From contig NC_043009.1 in NCBI RefSeq assembly GCF_006345805.1, forward strand, positions 22,320,001 through 22,384,000: 64,000 nt of DNA. The letters run 5' to 3'. Every line of letters starts with the position of its first letter. The stretch's first letter is position 1. Positions 1-13,254 of the stretch are shown in pieces. Below the pieces are notes generated by a model. That model saw only the letters and a list, made by a program, of their open reading frames with translations, searched no databases and was not told the DNA's origin. A program made the position numbers and the translations under genes. The DNA comes from Octopus sinensis. Its lineage: Eukaryota.

Positions 1-43
1 TTAAATCATTTTAATACTTCATTTACAATTATTTCGTCATTAA

Positions 44-385
44 TACGAAGAGGAAAGGCGAGATGCCGCCTCACTGATCCCCTTAATTACCCGATATATA
101 CGCCAAGGGTCGGTAGTATATAGCGATTCTTGGGGTGCATATAACTCTCTTGGAAATCTCGGGTATACTCACTTTGTGGATCCGACAAACGCGTCGGTGC
201 ACACACAGACGATAGAGAGATTGTGGGGGTCAGTGAAGAAATCGGTTGTTCGCCCAGGCATTCGTGCCTGTTACCTAAAACAATACATGGCGAAGTTCCT
301 TTTTTTGGACAGCATTAAACCTGCTGCCAAGAGAATACACGTATTCTTATTGGCAGCAGCAAGTCTTTATCCTGGCCCGCGATAA
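44..385 (+). pseudogene. Merlin / IS1595-family (ISXO2-like) DDE transposase, C-terminal remnant
   Basis: The open frame reads ERRDAASLIPLITRYIRQGSVVYSDSWGAYNSLGNLGYTHFVDPTNASVHTQTIERLWGSVK, matching the DDE_Tnp_IS1595 pattern (SDxWxAY...FVDP..GVHTQTIExxW). The usual 'TVNHS' segment is missing and there is a stop at 41-43, so the copy is defective. Confidence 0.8.
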
Positions 386-649
386 TTTTTTCCTCCAAAC
401 GCAACCCATCTCATTTCTTTATCAACACTGTCGATGGACCACTCAAAGAGGTATGTATACATTATCATTTTCGTAACATAATTTCTGTAGTATTTCAAGA
501 TGTTTCTGACACGTATTTTGATTCACATAGCGGAGATCCAACATTTCTTCACTTTTTCCAGAATTTCTTCTCTTTATTTTTTTTTTTTTGCGAAATATGT
601 ACAAAAATACGGAGTTTATGATTCATGTGTGAGTGTGTGTTCTTGATAC

Positions 650-1312
650 TCGTTTAGAACAAGTAGTTTTACACCAATTACACTATTTTTTCTTAGTTTA
701 AAGGCCGTGGACTGAAGATGGGAAATTTCCGAAGCCTCTCCCCCACCCCCCTTTCGCGAGCGCGCATTTTTTTCATCATAGTCGTTTAGAGCAAGTTGTT
801 TTACACCTATTACGCTGTTTTCGTTTTTGTGCCCGGTTCAGACGCTTTCGGAAATTCCCGATATAAATTTTCCGAAGCCTCTCCCCCACCCCTCTTTCGC
901 GAGTGCGAATTTTTTTTGTCATATTCGTTTAGAGCAAGTTGTTTTACACATATTACACTATTTTTTTTTGTTTTGGTGCCCGGGTCAGCCCCTCAGACGC
1001 TTTCGGAACTTCCCGATGTGAATTTTCCGAGGCATCTCCCCCACCCCCCTTTCGCGTGCGCGAATTTTTTTTTTCATATTCGTTCATAGGAAGTTGTTTT
1101 ACACCTATTACACACATTTTTTTTTTGATTTTCTGATATGCGTAACGCCCTATATTAACCAAAAAAATTGTTATAGGTCTAAAACAACTTCCTCTAAACG
1201 AATGTGAAAAAAAAACACGCGCGCACGCGAAAGGGGAGTGAGGGAGAGGCCTCGGAAAATTCACATCGGGAATTTCCGAAAGCGTCTGACCCGGGCACAA
1301 AACCAACATCAT
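650..1312. repeat. CpG-rich ~140-bp repeat: three direct copies plus one inverted copy, probably subterminal repeats of the DNA transposon
   Basis: The unit core TTTCCGAAGCCTCTCCCCCACCCCCCTTTCGCG recurs at ~727, ~869 and ~1024; a reverse-complement copy lies at ~1170-1310. Confidence 0.8.
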
Positions 1313-2183
1313 TATTTCGTGAGGTATCTGTCTTTTCTTCAGTTTCCTTCTTTTATTTCAGCTATTCACAACAAAACTAGATGTATGTAAAAGTGACACG
1401 TATACAATACAGATGTTCATATTAATAATACTTACATATTAATATACAACCGACGAGGAAGATAGCACAATATAATTGAAAGAGACGGTACTTAATTTAG
1501 AGTGGTTATTTCTAGCGGTCGTCGTGACTTTTCTTTTACAGCAAACGTTGACGTTAAGTTAATTAGCAATTATTTACAGTTAATATGATTGCCTAAGTGT
1601 CAGTTATAAACTAGTTCTGTCGAAGTAAATGTAAATGTTTTAGTAATTAATTGCAAGTTTAGCGAGGAAAAGTAATAATGAAGAACTAAGAAGATATTGC
1701 TAAGGGGGAAGTAACTCTATTTTTAATACCCGAATGTATTTCGAAAGATTTATTAGACCGTTGCCATGAAAGGGCACCGCCTTGAAGAGTGTAGCGAGAT
1801 AAATCGATCTCACTAGTTGCTATTTCATTTTAATAAATGACAGGCTTTTTATTCTATGGGTCGCTTTTTTGTCGAACTGCTAATAGTAAATTTCTATATT
1901 AACACCCGCACGAAAAATACTATTGGATTTTACTCATAAGGTATTGGTATCTTATATGTATACCATTCTGCCTAAATAATGGATCTACAAATACAATATC
2001 CCTGCATATCTCACATCTATTTTCATTCCTCCACCTCACTCTCTACAACGAGACCCAAAGGTGTCAAGTAATGCTGAATAAGTGCTATGGATAGACCATA
2101 GTTAAGTACCAGGTTCGGTGATTATGCAAATAAGGGGTCCAACGTATGTCATATATCAGCGTGTGTAAATAAATTTTTTTTTT

Positions 2184-2509
2184 GTTAGGGGTGGGAGAAA
2201 AGGGTTTCTGTTATCTTCAGAAATGTAAACAAAGCCACTTACAGTACCTATACCGAAGGATCGCCTTTGGCGATGTTACGGTATAAGTACCGGTGTACTT
2301 CCGGAAGTACCAGATACATTTCAAATAAGTTTTTTTTTATATATGGGGGGTTAGGGTATGTGGCGATGCTTCGTTATATGTACACACGTGACTTTGTTTA
2401 CATTTCTGAAGATAACAGAAACCCTTTTCTCCCACCCCTAACCTCTAACCTTTTTGTAATGCATCTGGTACTTCCGGAAGTACACCGGTACTTATATCGT
2501 AACATCGCC
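2184..2509. mobile_element. Cluster of GGCGAT-terminated inverted repeats (Merlin-like ends / MITE)
   Basis: 2269 GGCGATGTTACGGTATAAGTACCGGTGTACTTCCGGAAGTACCAGAT is the reverse complement of ~2462-2509. 2184-2265 (ending ATCGCC) is the reverse complement of 2362-2442 (starting GGCGAT). Confidence 0.65.
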
Positions 2510-2662
2510 GTGTTCACTTCCGGACTCTCTCACGCTTTGAGAGTTTTCCGTTCGAATCGTACGTGTCTCGAATGGGCTGGAGAATTTCTATTTTGGATGT
2601 ATTTGGGGTACTTAATTGTGCTCAAGACTTAGTGTTTGCTTCTTCCATGGGTATGAGTAAGT
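2297..2662 (+). promoter_or_regulatory. Possible CpG-rich promoter / first exon with ETS motifs
   Basis: ACTTCCGG(AAGT) occurs at 2297, 2470 and 2516, followed by unique CpG-containing sequence and a donor-like GA|GTAAGT at 2657. No downstream + strand exon was identified. Confidence 0.25.
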
Positions 2663-2668
2663 ATTTCA

Positions 2669-3843
2669 GATCTTTTCCTTTTGATGGACGGAATTTTCTA
2701 GTTAACTAAACAATTTGAAACTTCGTATACTGGTAGAATGTATCAAAAGAAAACATTATTGTAAACAAAATTGTAATTTGTAAGTTTAACGTAGTTTAAT
2801 TCTTCGAATTTTAACCAATGAAATGCCAGCATTTGAGCTCAAATCATTTTCTGCGTCTTAAAACTCAGACAATATAAACAGCACACACACATACATGTTA
2901 TTCATCCTTCTCTCTTCTGTCTGTCTGGCTCATCGATATTGATAAACAAAGGAGGAGGCACACACACACACGTGTTATTCATCCTTCTCTCTTCTGTCTA
3001 TTGATAAACAAAAGCGGAAGGAGGAGGCATGTGCTAGAAATAACAGCTATATCTCTTAAATCGATGAATTTCGTCGCCCAATAAAAATATTAACGATATT
3101 TTTTGAATATTTTCTTTATTTTTTTTTACCGAAGGGCCAGAAACAACAAAAACAAAACAATAATATGCCTAAATCGGTCTAGAGGGTGCGCGTGGAGTGT
3201 GGGTCGTATTGTAAAAATTTGCGAAATATTTTTTCATAAAAGGATGCCCCAGCTTGTCAGAGGCTGTGATATAAATTGGGGAAAAATTCCTCGACACCAG
3301 TGCGTAATTGGTACTTAATTTATCGACCCCGAAACGATGAAACATTGACCCCCCCCTTCTGGTTTATTTACCTTTTGTGTAAATTTGTTGCGGCTAGGTG
3401 CAAAACACAGAGGGGACAAAGCATGAGATACAAAAGTATTAAGTCGATTCTATCGACACCAGTGCGAACTCACGAACGTGTATGTATGCTTGTGTGCGTA
3501 TGTATATCCCCGTTTGTATGTGTGTACGCTTATATATTAATTACTATGTGGTTGTGCAAATGTATATGCATGTGTTTGAGAGAGAGAGAGTGTGTGTATG
3601 TGTGCAAGTGTACGTGTGTATGTATCTGAATATATGTGTGTGTGTATGCGGCGTGTCTCGTTTGTTTATCAATATCGATAATGCAGCAAATGATTTGAGC
3701 TCAAATGCTGGCATTTCATTGGTTAAACTTACAAATTACAATTTTGTTTACAATAATGTTTTCTTTTGACACATTCTACCAGTATACGAAGTTTCAAATT
3801 GTTTAGTTAACTAGAAAATTCCGTCCATCAAAAGGAAAAGATC
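2669..3843. mobile_element. Non-autonomous DNA element with ~160-180-bp terminal inverted repeats
   Basis: 2669-2850 (GATCTTTTCCTTTTGATGGACGGAATTTTCTAG...) is the reverse complement of 3688-3843. A diverged related end lies at ~25775-26000. Confidence 0.75.
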
Positions 3844-4108
3844 CAGTATTTCATTTATTCCTTTGCCGCATTTATCACTGACAAAGAGAAGGTTCTTATC
3901 AACTAACTCTGAAATCGGGTCCGATATGATAATAACGGAATTTTTTTTAGAAATTTCTGTTGGTTTTCTTTGAGACATGTGCTTATAGTGATGATTTATG
4001 TGGTTATGGATGTTGTGGTCTAGTTTCGGCATATTTGGCATTAGAAATTTTTTCTTTTACCCTTGTTTATAAATTTAACCTTTAAAGGTATTTTTTAATA
4101 TGGCCATT

Positions 4109-4812
4109 GACGTTTGCGCTGATATGGCCATGTGGTGAGAATGGATGAAGATAGTTGTGTGAAAAAGTGCCACACCCTAGCGGTTGAGAGAACCTGTGGA
4201 AGAGGTAGACCCAGGAAAGCCTGGGACGAGGTGGTGAAGCACGACCTTCGAACTTTAGGTCTCACCGAGGAAATGACAAGAGACCGAGACCTTTGGAAGT
4301 ATGCTGTGCGTGAGAAGACCCAGCAGGACAAGTGAGACCATAACCCGTGGCCTCTACCTGGGATGTAGCCAGTCCACTTATGCATACCTTTCCTTCTTGG
4401 GACACAAAACTCTACTTGTGAAGACCTGTTGAGGCAAGTGAAAATCAAAATCGAAATCGATCAACATTAATGGAAATTGTAGTTGTGATACCAGTGCCGG
4501 TGGTATGTAAGAGAACCATCCAAACGTGGCCATTGCCAGTGCTGCTCCAACTGGCCTCCGTACAGGTGGCACGTAAAAAGGACCATCCGATCGTGGCCGT
4601 TGCTAGCCTCGTCTGGCACCTGTGCTGGTGGCACGTAAAAAGCACCCACTACACTCATGGAGTGGTTGGCGTTAGGAAGGGCATCCAGCCGTAGAAACAT
4701 TGCCAGATCAGACTGGGCCTGGTGCAGCCTTCTGGCTTCTCAGACCCCAATTGAACCGTCCAACCCATGCTAGCATGGAAAGCAGACGCTAAACAATGAT
4801 GATGATGATGAT
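4109..4812 (+). mobile_element. RTE-clade LINE 3' fragment (ORF end, 3' UTR, (GAT)n tail)
   Basis: Encodes CGRGRPRKAWDEVVKHDLRTLGL...DRDLWKYAVREKT, nearly identical to the end of the RTE at 52418-53311, and shares its UTR and tail. Confidence 0.9.
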
Positions 4813-5759
4813 ATATAACACCCTAATGGGAGCCTTAACTCCCAAATTTTAGTCATTTCTGTTATGATCCAAAACTAGGTCAAAAGTACTGAATGGATCT
4901 TTATGAAATTTGGAAATTATATTCTATGCATAAGGGCCATATCCCCCATGACAATTCATATATTTTTGCTGTTGATGAAATTTTAACCATAGATGTTAGA
5001 CAAAAATGAAGTAATATTTATAAAATTTCCTTTTCTTACAAGTTAGAAAGACCCTGCCATGGGGACTTAACACCCACAATTTTGTCATTCTATCTAAGCA
5101 AAAACGAATACAGTTGTGCTCTTGGAAGCTGTAGGGTTACCCAAGCATAAAAGTTGAGCATTATTTCTACTTCAGTGGCACAACAGTGTAACAGTTTGCT
5201 TTGACATACACTTACATTGTGATTTCTGCAATGTGCTGCATAAATTGTCAAGTAATTGAGAGGCATCTTTGCCTCCACTGATTCAGCTGCAAAGTGTTGA
5301 GTAAAGTTATTTGATTGCAGACATTCCTTTCAGTCATTTTATTATCACTGGGTCACACATAGTACCCAGATGGTAACATTGATTTCAAGGCCTTCCCAGA
5401 TGAGTGACTGGTTTTTCAAAGACATTTATAGATTGTATATTTATTCTGTCCAGTTACGTATCAGTATAGTGGTCATTTGCAAACTCCAACTTTCATTTCT
5501 CCTTAGCCCTCACGTCACCCAGTGTTAATGTTTATTTCAGTTAGGTCACGCCCTTCCAATTGCTATAGATTTGTAATGCATCTTATGGCTGTGCCTGTCA
5601 TCTTGATGGTGAGGAATACTACATTGGGAGTGGTAACGACTAGGGTACTGTAGCTGACTGCTTATTGTGATCATTCGTCTTTTGGTTTCCTGTAGCTTTG
5701 CTCTCTTTTTCAAACCCAGTTAACATATATTTCCTATTTCAAAGAAATTCAAACAATAG

Positions 5760-6111
5760 ATATAAGACCCAAGTTAAAAAGATTCTCAACAATTCAACTT
5801 CTCTGGTTGACATTAAGATACCCACCCCCCAATAAAGGCCTTAACTCTCACATTTTAGAGCTCCATGACCTCCATTTTTCAGGAGCAAAATCCTTTTAAC
5901 ATATTTTGAAATATGTGCATAAAAATCAGTAGTATGGGATACATGTGTCATGATTACAATGTTTTTAGGGTGTGTAAAGAAGGAAATAACCCTCATCTGC
6001 AATTTTGATGAAATTCGAAACATAGATATTCCAGTTCATTACAGAAAATATAACAGAAAAGTCCAATTCTTCAATTGAATGTAACCTGGCAACGCCGGGT
6101 ATCTCAGCTAG
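5760..6111 (+). mobile_element. Non-autonomous Helitron remnant (3' end)
   Basis: Hairpin ACCTGGCAACGCCGGGT followed by CTAG|T at 6108-6112, the canonical Helitron 3' terminus. The 5' boundary is approximate. Confidence 0.6.
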
Positions 6112-9100
6112 TCTATATATATGCCAGAATGTCCCATTGAAAATGGTATATGAGTGTTTAGTGATAGGACAAAAATTCCAACCAAATAGGCAATTAACAA
6201 CATACATTATTTTTATTACCATCCACCAATGTTTGCAGTTCATTCACTTCACCAGGTGACCCCTCGATTGAGTCCTCAGGCCACCAAAAGCAATATGGAC
6301 ACAAGCATGACTTAATGAGCTGAGTAATTAGAATATGGACAATGGTAGTTTGCAAGAAGACTGTTCTGTTAGTTTATTTTCCAGTTTTCCCATGAATGTT
6401 CTTAAGTGCTCTTTGAGTTTTGATATTTTGAAGCTGGAAAAAACTACTCTCTCTTCCAGTCTGCCCCATTTCTTGCAAGATTCTCAAAGATTTCTTCCCC
6501 AATATTCAATATTCAACAAATTATCTTTGAATGTGTTATACGCATCAATAAAGAAAACTTTTGGTTACTGCTGTTTCTCTTATCAGGGTCACCATTCTTG
6601 GCTCTAGTTGGTTGCATACTGTTTCCCATATACAATCAAGTTCATTTTCGATAAGATCTTTTATTTACACATTAATTTACGATATATACAGCTGTTACTT
6701 ACTGGAAGCCGTTTACTATTTACAAGCAGAGAAACATGTGTTTTTGGATAAGAATTTAATGGCTACTTATTCATGTTTTGACAGACAGGAAAATTAAATG
6801 TTCATGGTGGACCGACGACTTCTTTTAACCTAGGATCAAGCACAAACATCTTCTCACAAAATGCTGGTGCTTCTCTATCATTGTCCTGCATTTCTGTATT
6901 TATAGACATATATTTTTGCAGGAATATAATGGAAAATTCCATTCTACCAGACCACATATGATCGAATGATTCATTAGAATACAAGACAATTTATTTGATA
7001 TACTGTGACCTACTTCTTGTTACTGGGTTAATGATATTCTGATTCTAAACTTCGCTATAAATTTTAAGTAGATTAAAACAAAGACTACTGGAAACCAGTT
7101 AGGGTTGGTGGCAATAAGGACACCAAAACACAGAGAATGTGTCATAAATTCCATCTGGCTTATGCAAGCATAAAAAAGTGAATGTTATATAAAGATAATG
7201 TGTTTGATGGTGAGACTGAGGGCATGGAGTATGTGTTTTACCGAGTGTTTGAAATACGAAGTGAGAAGGAAAGTGAGCAGAAAATACAAAAGAATCTTTT
7301 TAAAAATACTTAGGAGTGCTAACAAGAAAATAGGAGTTGGTGGATTCCAGAAATTTAATTGAAATGCATTTGGCAGAGTACTAGTGAATTCTGTTACACT
7401 TTAGATGTAGGAACTTATTGGGTTAAATGATTTATAAAAGTATTCCTGTGTTTTTATTGATTGTAGTCTTGCAGATATTGATGTGGTAAGTAAAAGCTTC
7501 CCTGTTGACAGAGTTGGATAACCTCCACTAAGAATTATTATCTGTATTCTTTGTCTATACAGCTGTATGCAAACCCCTTGGAAATTTGGAATTGTGCCTC
7601 TTCTACTTGTTAGCTCATATTTAGTGTGTCATCTTGTCTGGCCACAACATCTTTACATTTCACAGAAGCACTGTTATGCAGTTCTCACTACATTATTGTC
7701 TGTTACACCCTGGCTTCAATTCAACATTGAAAATTATACTGACCCACTTCATTTCAACTGGTATCAATGAGGATATCTGTGAATGGGCCTGAAACTAGAT
7801 CTTGTGTCAGACAGCAAAAATTTCACTGTCATATCAAGTCTCCACTTAGTACACCTGCAACATCTGATGCCCGTTTTCTCAACATATTCACATTGCTTTC
7901 ATATGGACCCCTTCTTTCTTCTTAGGATTTTACCTTTATATCAAGAGATGCAGGCATGGCTGTTTGATTGAGAAACTTGCTTCCTAACCAAGTGGTATTG
8001 GTTCAGTCCCACTCTACAGCAACTTGGACAAGTGTCTTCTACTATGACACCGGGCTGACCAAAGCTTGTGAGTGGATTAGTAGATGGGAACTAAAGAAGC
8101 CCATTATACACACACACATATACAAGTGTGTACATGTACCCTTGTCCTGACACCATATGATGGTTGTGAACAAACATCAGCATCATACTAGCAAGGTTGT
8201 TTGTTTCCAGTCTTCTTTGAAAAACGTTTAACTATGGAGAAATATTAGGTGAGGGTCAGTGACAGGAAGGGCATCCAGCTGTAAAAAACATGCCTCAACA
8301 ATTTCTGACTGACCAATGCAAGCATGGAAAAGTGGACATTAAATGATGATCATTATTAACTTATTGCAATCGCATTATTAAACACGTGGAGAATAAGAAG
8401 AAAAAAAAAAGAAAAAGAAAAGAAAAAATACTATTTATAGTTTCACTCTGCTTGTACATGACTCTATTCACAAGTACTGTTTATAGTCGGCCCCTCCTTT
8501 GATTTTTCTCAAAGTCAAGGTCACTGTTTCACAAGTTCCATCAACACTGTTGCGGTCAATTTGAACTCTATTTGACCGACCGTTCTTCATCTCACTTTAT
8601 GAGCTATTACTACTGCTGCTATCAGAATTTACTGCAGTTACTACTATCGCTACAATTAGAAACATTCAAGTTGACGATGACACCGAAATGTCTTTCTCCG
8701 TGTCTGAATTATACCGGTGGCACCAACGAAAAATCCCTTTCTTTCTCTGTGCTGGGAGAAAAGAGAATTTACTATAAAAACAAACCCCCAGCCCTCCCTC
8801 CAACGTATAATTTACTTTAAAAAGAAATACTTTAAAAGGGAAAAACGTGAGAAAAAAAAGAAAAATTAATAATCTAATTTAACAATAGACAAAAACATGT
8901 GCCTTCTCGCACATAAACACAGTATTCACACATATACAAACATGCGCAGATGCAATTATTGAAGTACTAAATGGCACGTCAAATGATATTTAATCGTGTG
9001 GAACATGTTACATGCATATCAATATTCTAAAGTTTGGACATACTATCCCTTATCCTAAAGCTGCTTCAGACAATTAGGAAGGGTTCCCGACTCGTTGCAC

Positions 9101-9263
9101 CGTCTGCTTTCAATCTTGGATTGTGATTCGGCTCAGCCCAAACTCTCTCAGTTTTTGTCTGCTGTTGCCTACTCCTACAAGGATTGCACCTGTTTTTTGT
9201 TCCTGATTTAACCCTGATTTGTCCTAGAGCCCATAGAAGATTGTTTTTAGTCAACCATCCATC

Positions 9264-10708
9264 ATGTCAGCTACCTACGCATCGAAACTGAGATCTGCAG
9301 GTAGGGCTTCTCATCAAGATGATGGTCCTACCAATAGTCAGCTCAACGAGCAGTTGCTGTTGCTCAAACAAGAGGTTGAGCACCTAAAGTCTGTTGTTGC
9401 TCTCTTACTGAATAAACGGTCTCCTGTTGACGCAGAGTCACCTTTGATTTCTTCCCTGGAGACGTCCAAACTGAAGGGAACAAAATCGAAGCGGCCAAAG
9501 AAGGCGAAGGAACCGGCGGTCATTTCTGCACATGATTGTTCCCGTGCGGATTCTTCCTCATCTGCCTTTTCGGTCCCGGAGGTTCCCCAACCTAATTTGA
9601 GGAGCGTAGACTCAAACCCACCTGAAGACCGTTGTTCTCCCCAAAAGAAGAAACGTCGTCAAAACTCCAGTGGGGCGGATTTAGCTATGAAACCTGACCA
9701 CGATAAACGGTCTCCTGTTGACGCAGAGTCACCCTTGATTTCTTCCCTGGAGACGTCCAAACCGAAGGGAACAAAATCGAAGCGGCCAAAGAAGGCGAAG
9801 GAACCGGCGGTCGTTCCTGTGCAGATTCTTCCTCATCTGCCTTTTCGGTCCCGGAGGTTCCCCAACCTAGTTTGAGGAGCGTAGACTCAAACCCACCTGA
9901 AGACCATTGTTCTCCCCAAAAGAAGAAACGTAGTCAAAACTCCAGAGGGGCAGATTTGGCTATGAAACCTGATCACGATAAAATCTGTTTGGATTCTCCT
10001 TCACTTGTCCTTCCCATTAATGCCATTGCTCAACCAATTCTGAACGATCTCGATGTGGGTTCATCTGGGGAGTGGTGCTCCCCCAAACCGAAGAAGAGGC
10101 AGTGCAGTTCCAAACCAGGCGGGAAAATTATGACCACTAAATCCATTCCGATCGACCCCACAGGCTGACATAAGTCCGATGGCTATGAAACCACCCTTTC
10201 GAAATCCTCCAATGAAGAATCGAATACCGCAGCTCATAGTAGAGAACTTTTTGCCCACTCAAGATCGGCAATAATATATAGCAAAGCTGAATCCACCTGT
10301 GATACAGGCATAAACCGCCTAAAAGATGACATTAATTTTGTTTCCATTTTGGTTGGAGAATTGTTCTCTGTGAACGAAAATGTCAGTGTTCTTAAGGTCG
10401 CTCGGCTAGGAAGATTCCAAGCGAACCCAACCGCAGATACTAGACCACGCCCAATAAGGGTAATCTTTTCTTCTGATCGGGAGGCTTCAGTCTTTCTGAA
10501 CAGAGCTCAGACGCATGCCTGGGAGGACCCCAATATGGGTTTTCGCGAGGAATACTCACTAAGAGAGAGAATTCGCCGGAGGAACCTGATATCCGAGCTA
10601 AAGATGAGGAAACAAATGGGAGAGAAGGGTTTACGAATCCAAGATGGACAGATAATCAAGTCCTACCTCTGGTCCCATGCTGTAGTGCTGACAGGGAAAG
10701 TGATGTGA
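9264..10708 (+). pseudogene. LINE ORF1 (frameshifted; internal 291-bp duplication)
   Basis: Coiled-coil-like N-terminus (QLLLLKQEVEHLKSVV) and a CR1-type C-terminus (RLGRF...RPRPIRVIF...ERIRRRNLISELKMRKQMGEKGLRI). The duplication spans 9412-9702 / 9703-~9980. Confidence 0.75.
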
Positions 10709-11830
10709 GGGCAAAACGAAGTGAAGTTGATACTCCCGTCAACGATGCTATCTCTGATGCCCTTTATTCTGCTTGTTCCCCAACTCCCGCCCCTCAGACT
10801 TCACAGCTCAGCATCGTCTACACCAACTCGTGCTCCTTATTCCCAAAGTTCAGTGAACTATTTACACTGGCCATACGTGACTCCCCTGATGTGATAGCTA
10901 TCACCGAGACTTGGCTGACTCCAGCAGTAAAGGACTCAGAAATCCACCTGCAGGGCTACATCCTTTTCAGATGTGACAGAGGAAAAAGGCGAGGTGGAGG
11001 TGTTGCTGTGTATGTTAAGTCTGAGCACAAACCGTCCTGCGGTATTCTACCCGCAAATGCTCAACCTACAACCAAATTCGATGCCGTCTATTGCAAGCTG
11101 AGCCTATCTGAGTTTTGCCTGCCCATGTTGGCTGTCTACAGGCCGCCTCTAGCCGACCCCCAGGACGATGCTCATCTACTCGAAGCGATAAGATTCGTTT
11201 CAGCTTCGCATGACTGCTTGGTACTAGGCGACTTCAACGCTCCCATGATCGATTGGCCCGCATCAATTTGTACAACATCTTCCCGGTTCGGCCAGGCCCT
11301 TCTTGACGTGGTTGAAGATTGTTTTCTATCGCAACATGTTGAATATCCGACAAGGCATCGGTCTGGGCAGCAGCCATCTATGCTAGATCTGGTATTCTCC
11401 TGCTATCCAAGATCAGTGTCAGACGTATCTGTGTGCGCCCCTCTTGCCACAAGTGATCATGCGGTCCTGAAGTTCGCCATGCACACAACTTTTTCCACGC
11501 CCACGATTACTTCGCTGCCACGTAGAGTCTTCTCTGCAATTAATCTTGAAATTCTAACCGAGGCTTCCGCGCTTCTGGACTGGCGATCCCTGATGACGTT
11601 GTCCTCAGTTGACGAACTATGGTCATCCCTCAAAGCATATGTAATCTGTTTGACTGACCAGGCAGTTCCCGTTGGGCTTCCCAAGAGGAAGAAACACAAG
11701 CCCTGGGTGACGAAGAAGGTTAAACGAGAACGTCAACTCAGAGATATTGCTTGGGCTGAATTCAAAAATCTGGATTCGACTGCAGCTTTTGAGGTGTACA
11801 AAACTCAACGAGACTGAGCCGTGAAAATTG
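10705..11830 (+). pseudogene. LINE ORF2 N-terminal apurinic-like endonuclease (APE)
   Basis: Motifs YTN, AITETWL, RRGGGVAVYV, VYRPP, GDFN, LDLVF and SDH are present. A TGA at 11815 (probably from CGA) precedes the inversion junction. Confidence 0.9.
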
Positions 11831-11834
11831 AAAA

Positions 11835-13254
11835 GCGGTCGTCGGCATCTTCACCATCTCGTCTGGCAGCTTTTTCCACGGATCCGCAACCCGGACGGAG
11901 AAAGCTCCTCTCCTTCGATTGAGATGAAATCGTCGCAGGTAGAGCTTTTCGGAATGACCCCACAGCCGACGCTCCGGAGCAGGAGTGAAGAACAGCTCTT
12001 TCGAGAGGTTACACTTCCCGCTTATGATGTTGTGGGCGAGAATGAGATCACCACGGCGGCGGCGTTTTTCAAGAGAATAAAGGTCGAGCGTCCTCAGCCT
12101 TTCTTCGTAGGACAAATTTTTGAGACCATGAACCATGCGGGTAGCCAGCCTCTGGACTCTTTCGAGGTGCTGTATGTCTTTGAGGAGATAAGGAGAAGAG
12201 GCTTGAATCCCATACTCCAATATGGGTCTCACCAGCGTGACATAGAGTGGCAGGAATATGGCTGCTGTGAGCATTCCGAATGACCGTCGAATCAAAAACA
12301 GAATTCCGCGCGCTTTGTTGGCAGCATGGACGCACTGGGCCGAAGGCGAAAAGGAGGAATCCACCAAGATACCCAGGTCCTTTACCTGATCGGTCCTCTC
12401 CAGCAGCAGACGACCCGGCTCGAAATCAAGTTGAGTTGCAGGAGTAGAGCCGACAGGCAGATGACAGCACTTTGACACGTTCAGACACAGGTCCCAATCG
12501 TTAGACCACTTCCAAATTTGGTGGAGGCATCGACGAAGATCCTCTATACTACCGCGAGGAGCGACCAGTTTGATATCGTCGGCAAATAGAAGGGTGTGTT
12601 GCGTGAGGTCGTCGGCAAGTCATTTATGAAGACTAAGAACAACAAGGGCCCAAGCACTGAACCTTGAGGCACGCCACTGCTCGCACTGGAGACGTCGGAC
12701 CGCGAACCATTAACTTGAACTTGGAAGGAGCGATCTGAGAGGAAGGCACCAACCCATCGTACAATATCTGGATGGAAACTATATGCTTGAAGCTTGACAA
12801 GTAGTAGGCGGTGGTTTACCGAGTCAAAAGCTTTGGCAAAGTCCAATAAAACGATGTCAACAGCATCACTATCATCGAGGATGCGCGTCACCAATTCTTC
12901 CATTACTAGTAAGTTGGTCAAGCATGATCTCTTCGGCACGAAGCCGTGTTGGGAATCAGTGATCGAGGCTGTGTTTAGGAGGTGGAGCATCATACTTTTC
13001 TTAAGGATGGTTTCGAACATCTTGCTGATTATTGATGTAAGGGAAACCGGTTGGTAGTTAAGCGGGTCTTCGCGGCTCCCTTTCTTGAAAATTGGGCAGA
13101 TTATCGCTGTTCTCCAGTCTGCAGGTATAACACCCGTCGCCAATGACATATTGAATAGTCGTGTTAAGGGCTCGCAGATGACCGGAGCCAACGCTTTGAT
13201 AACCCGTGGGTGTATGCCGTCAGGGCCGTGACCCTTGTTGATCTCCATTGCCAT
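11835..13254 (-). pseudogene. LINE ORF2 reverse transcriptase and C-terminus, inverted and frameshifted
   Basis: Motifs GPDGIHPRV, PIFKKG, QHGF..RSCLTNL, DFAKAFDSVNH, GVPQGSVLGPLLF, KDLG, LVRPILEY, LERVQRLATR and RRRRGDLI are typical of CR1. Confidence 0.9.

Noticed and set aside
706-750. CTGAAGA...GAAG hammerhead-like motif
   Set aside because: It lacks the GAAA/UH core pairing and a stem I, and is part of a DNA-element repeat.
796-1312. Several 64-119 aa ORFs
   Set aside because: They arise from the ~140-bp repeat in multiple frames and show no protein-family signal.
8440-8820. Unique-looking segment with short ORFs on both strands
   Set aside because: No homology or splice pattern I can support; it may be UTR or regulatory sequence.
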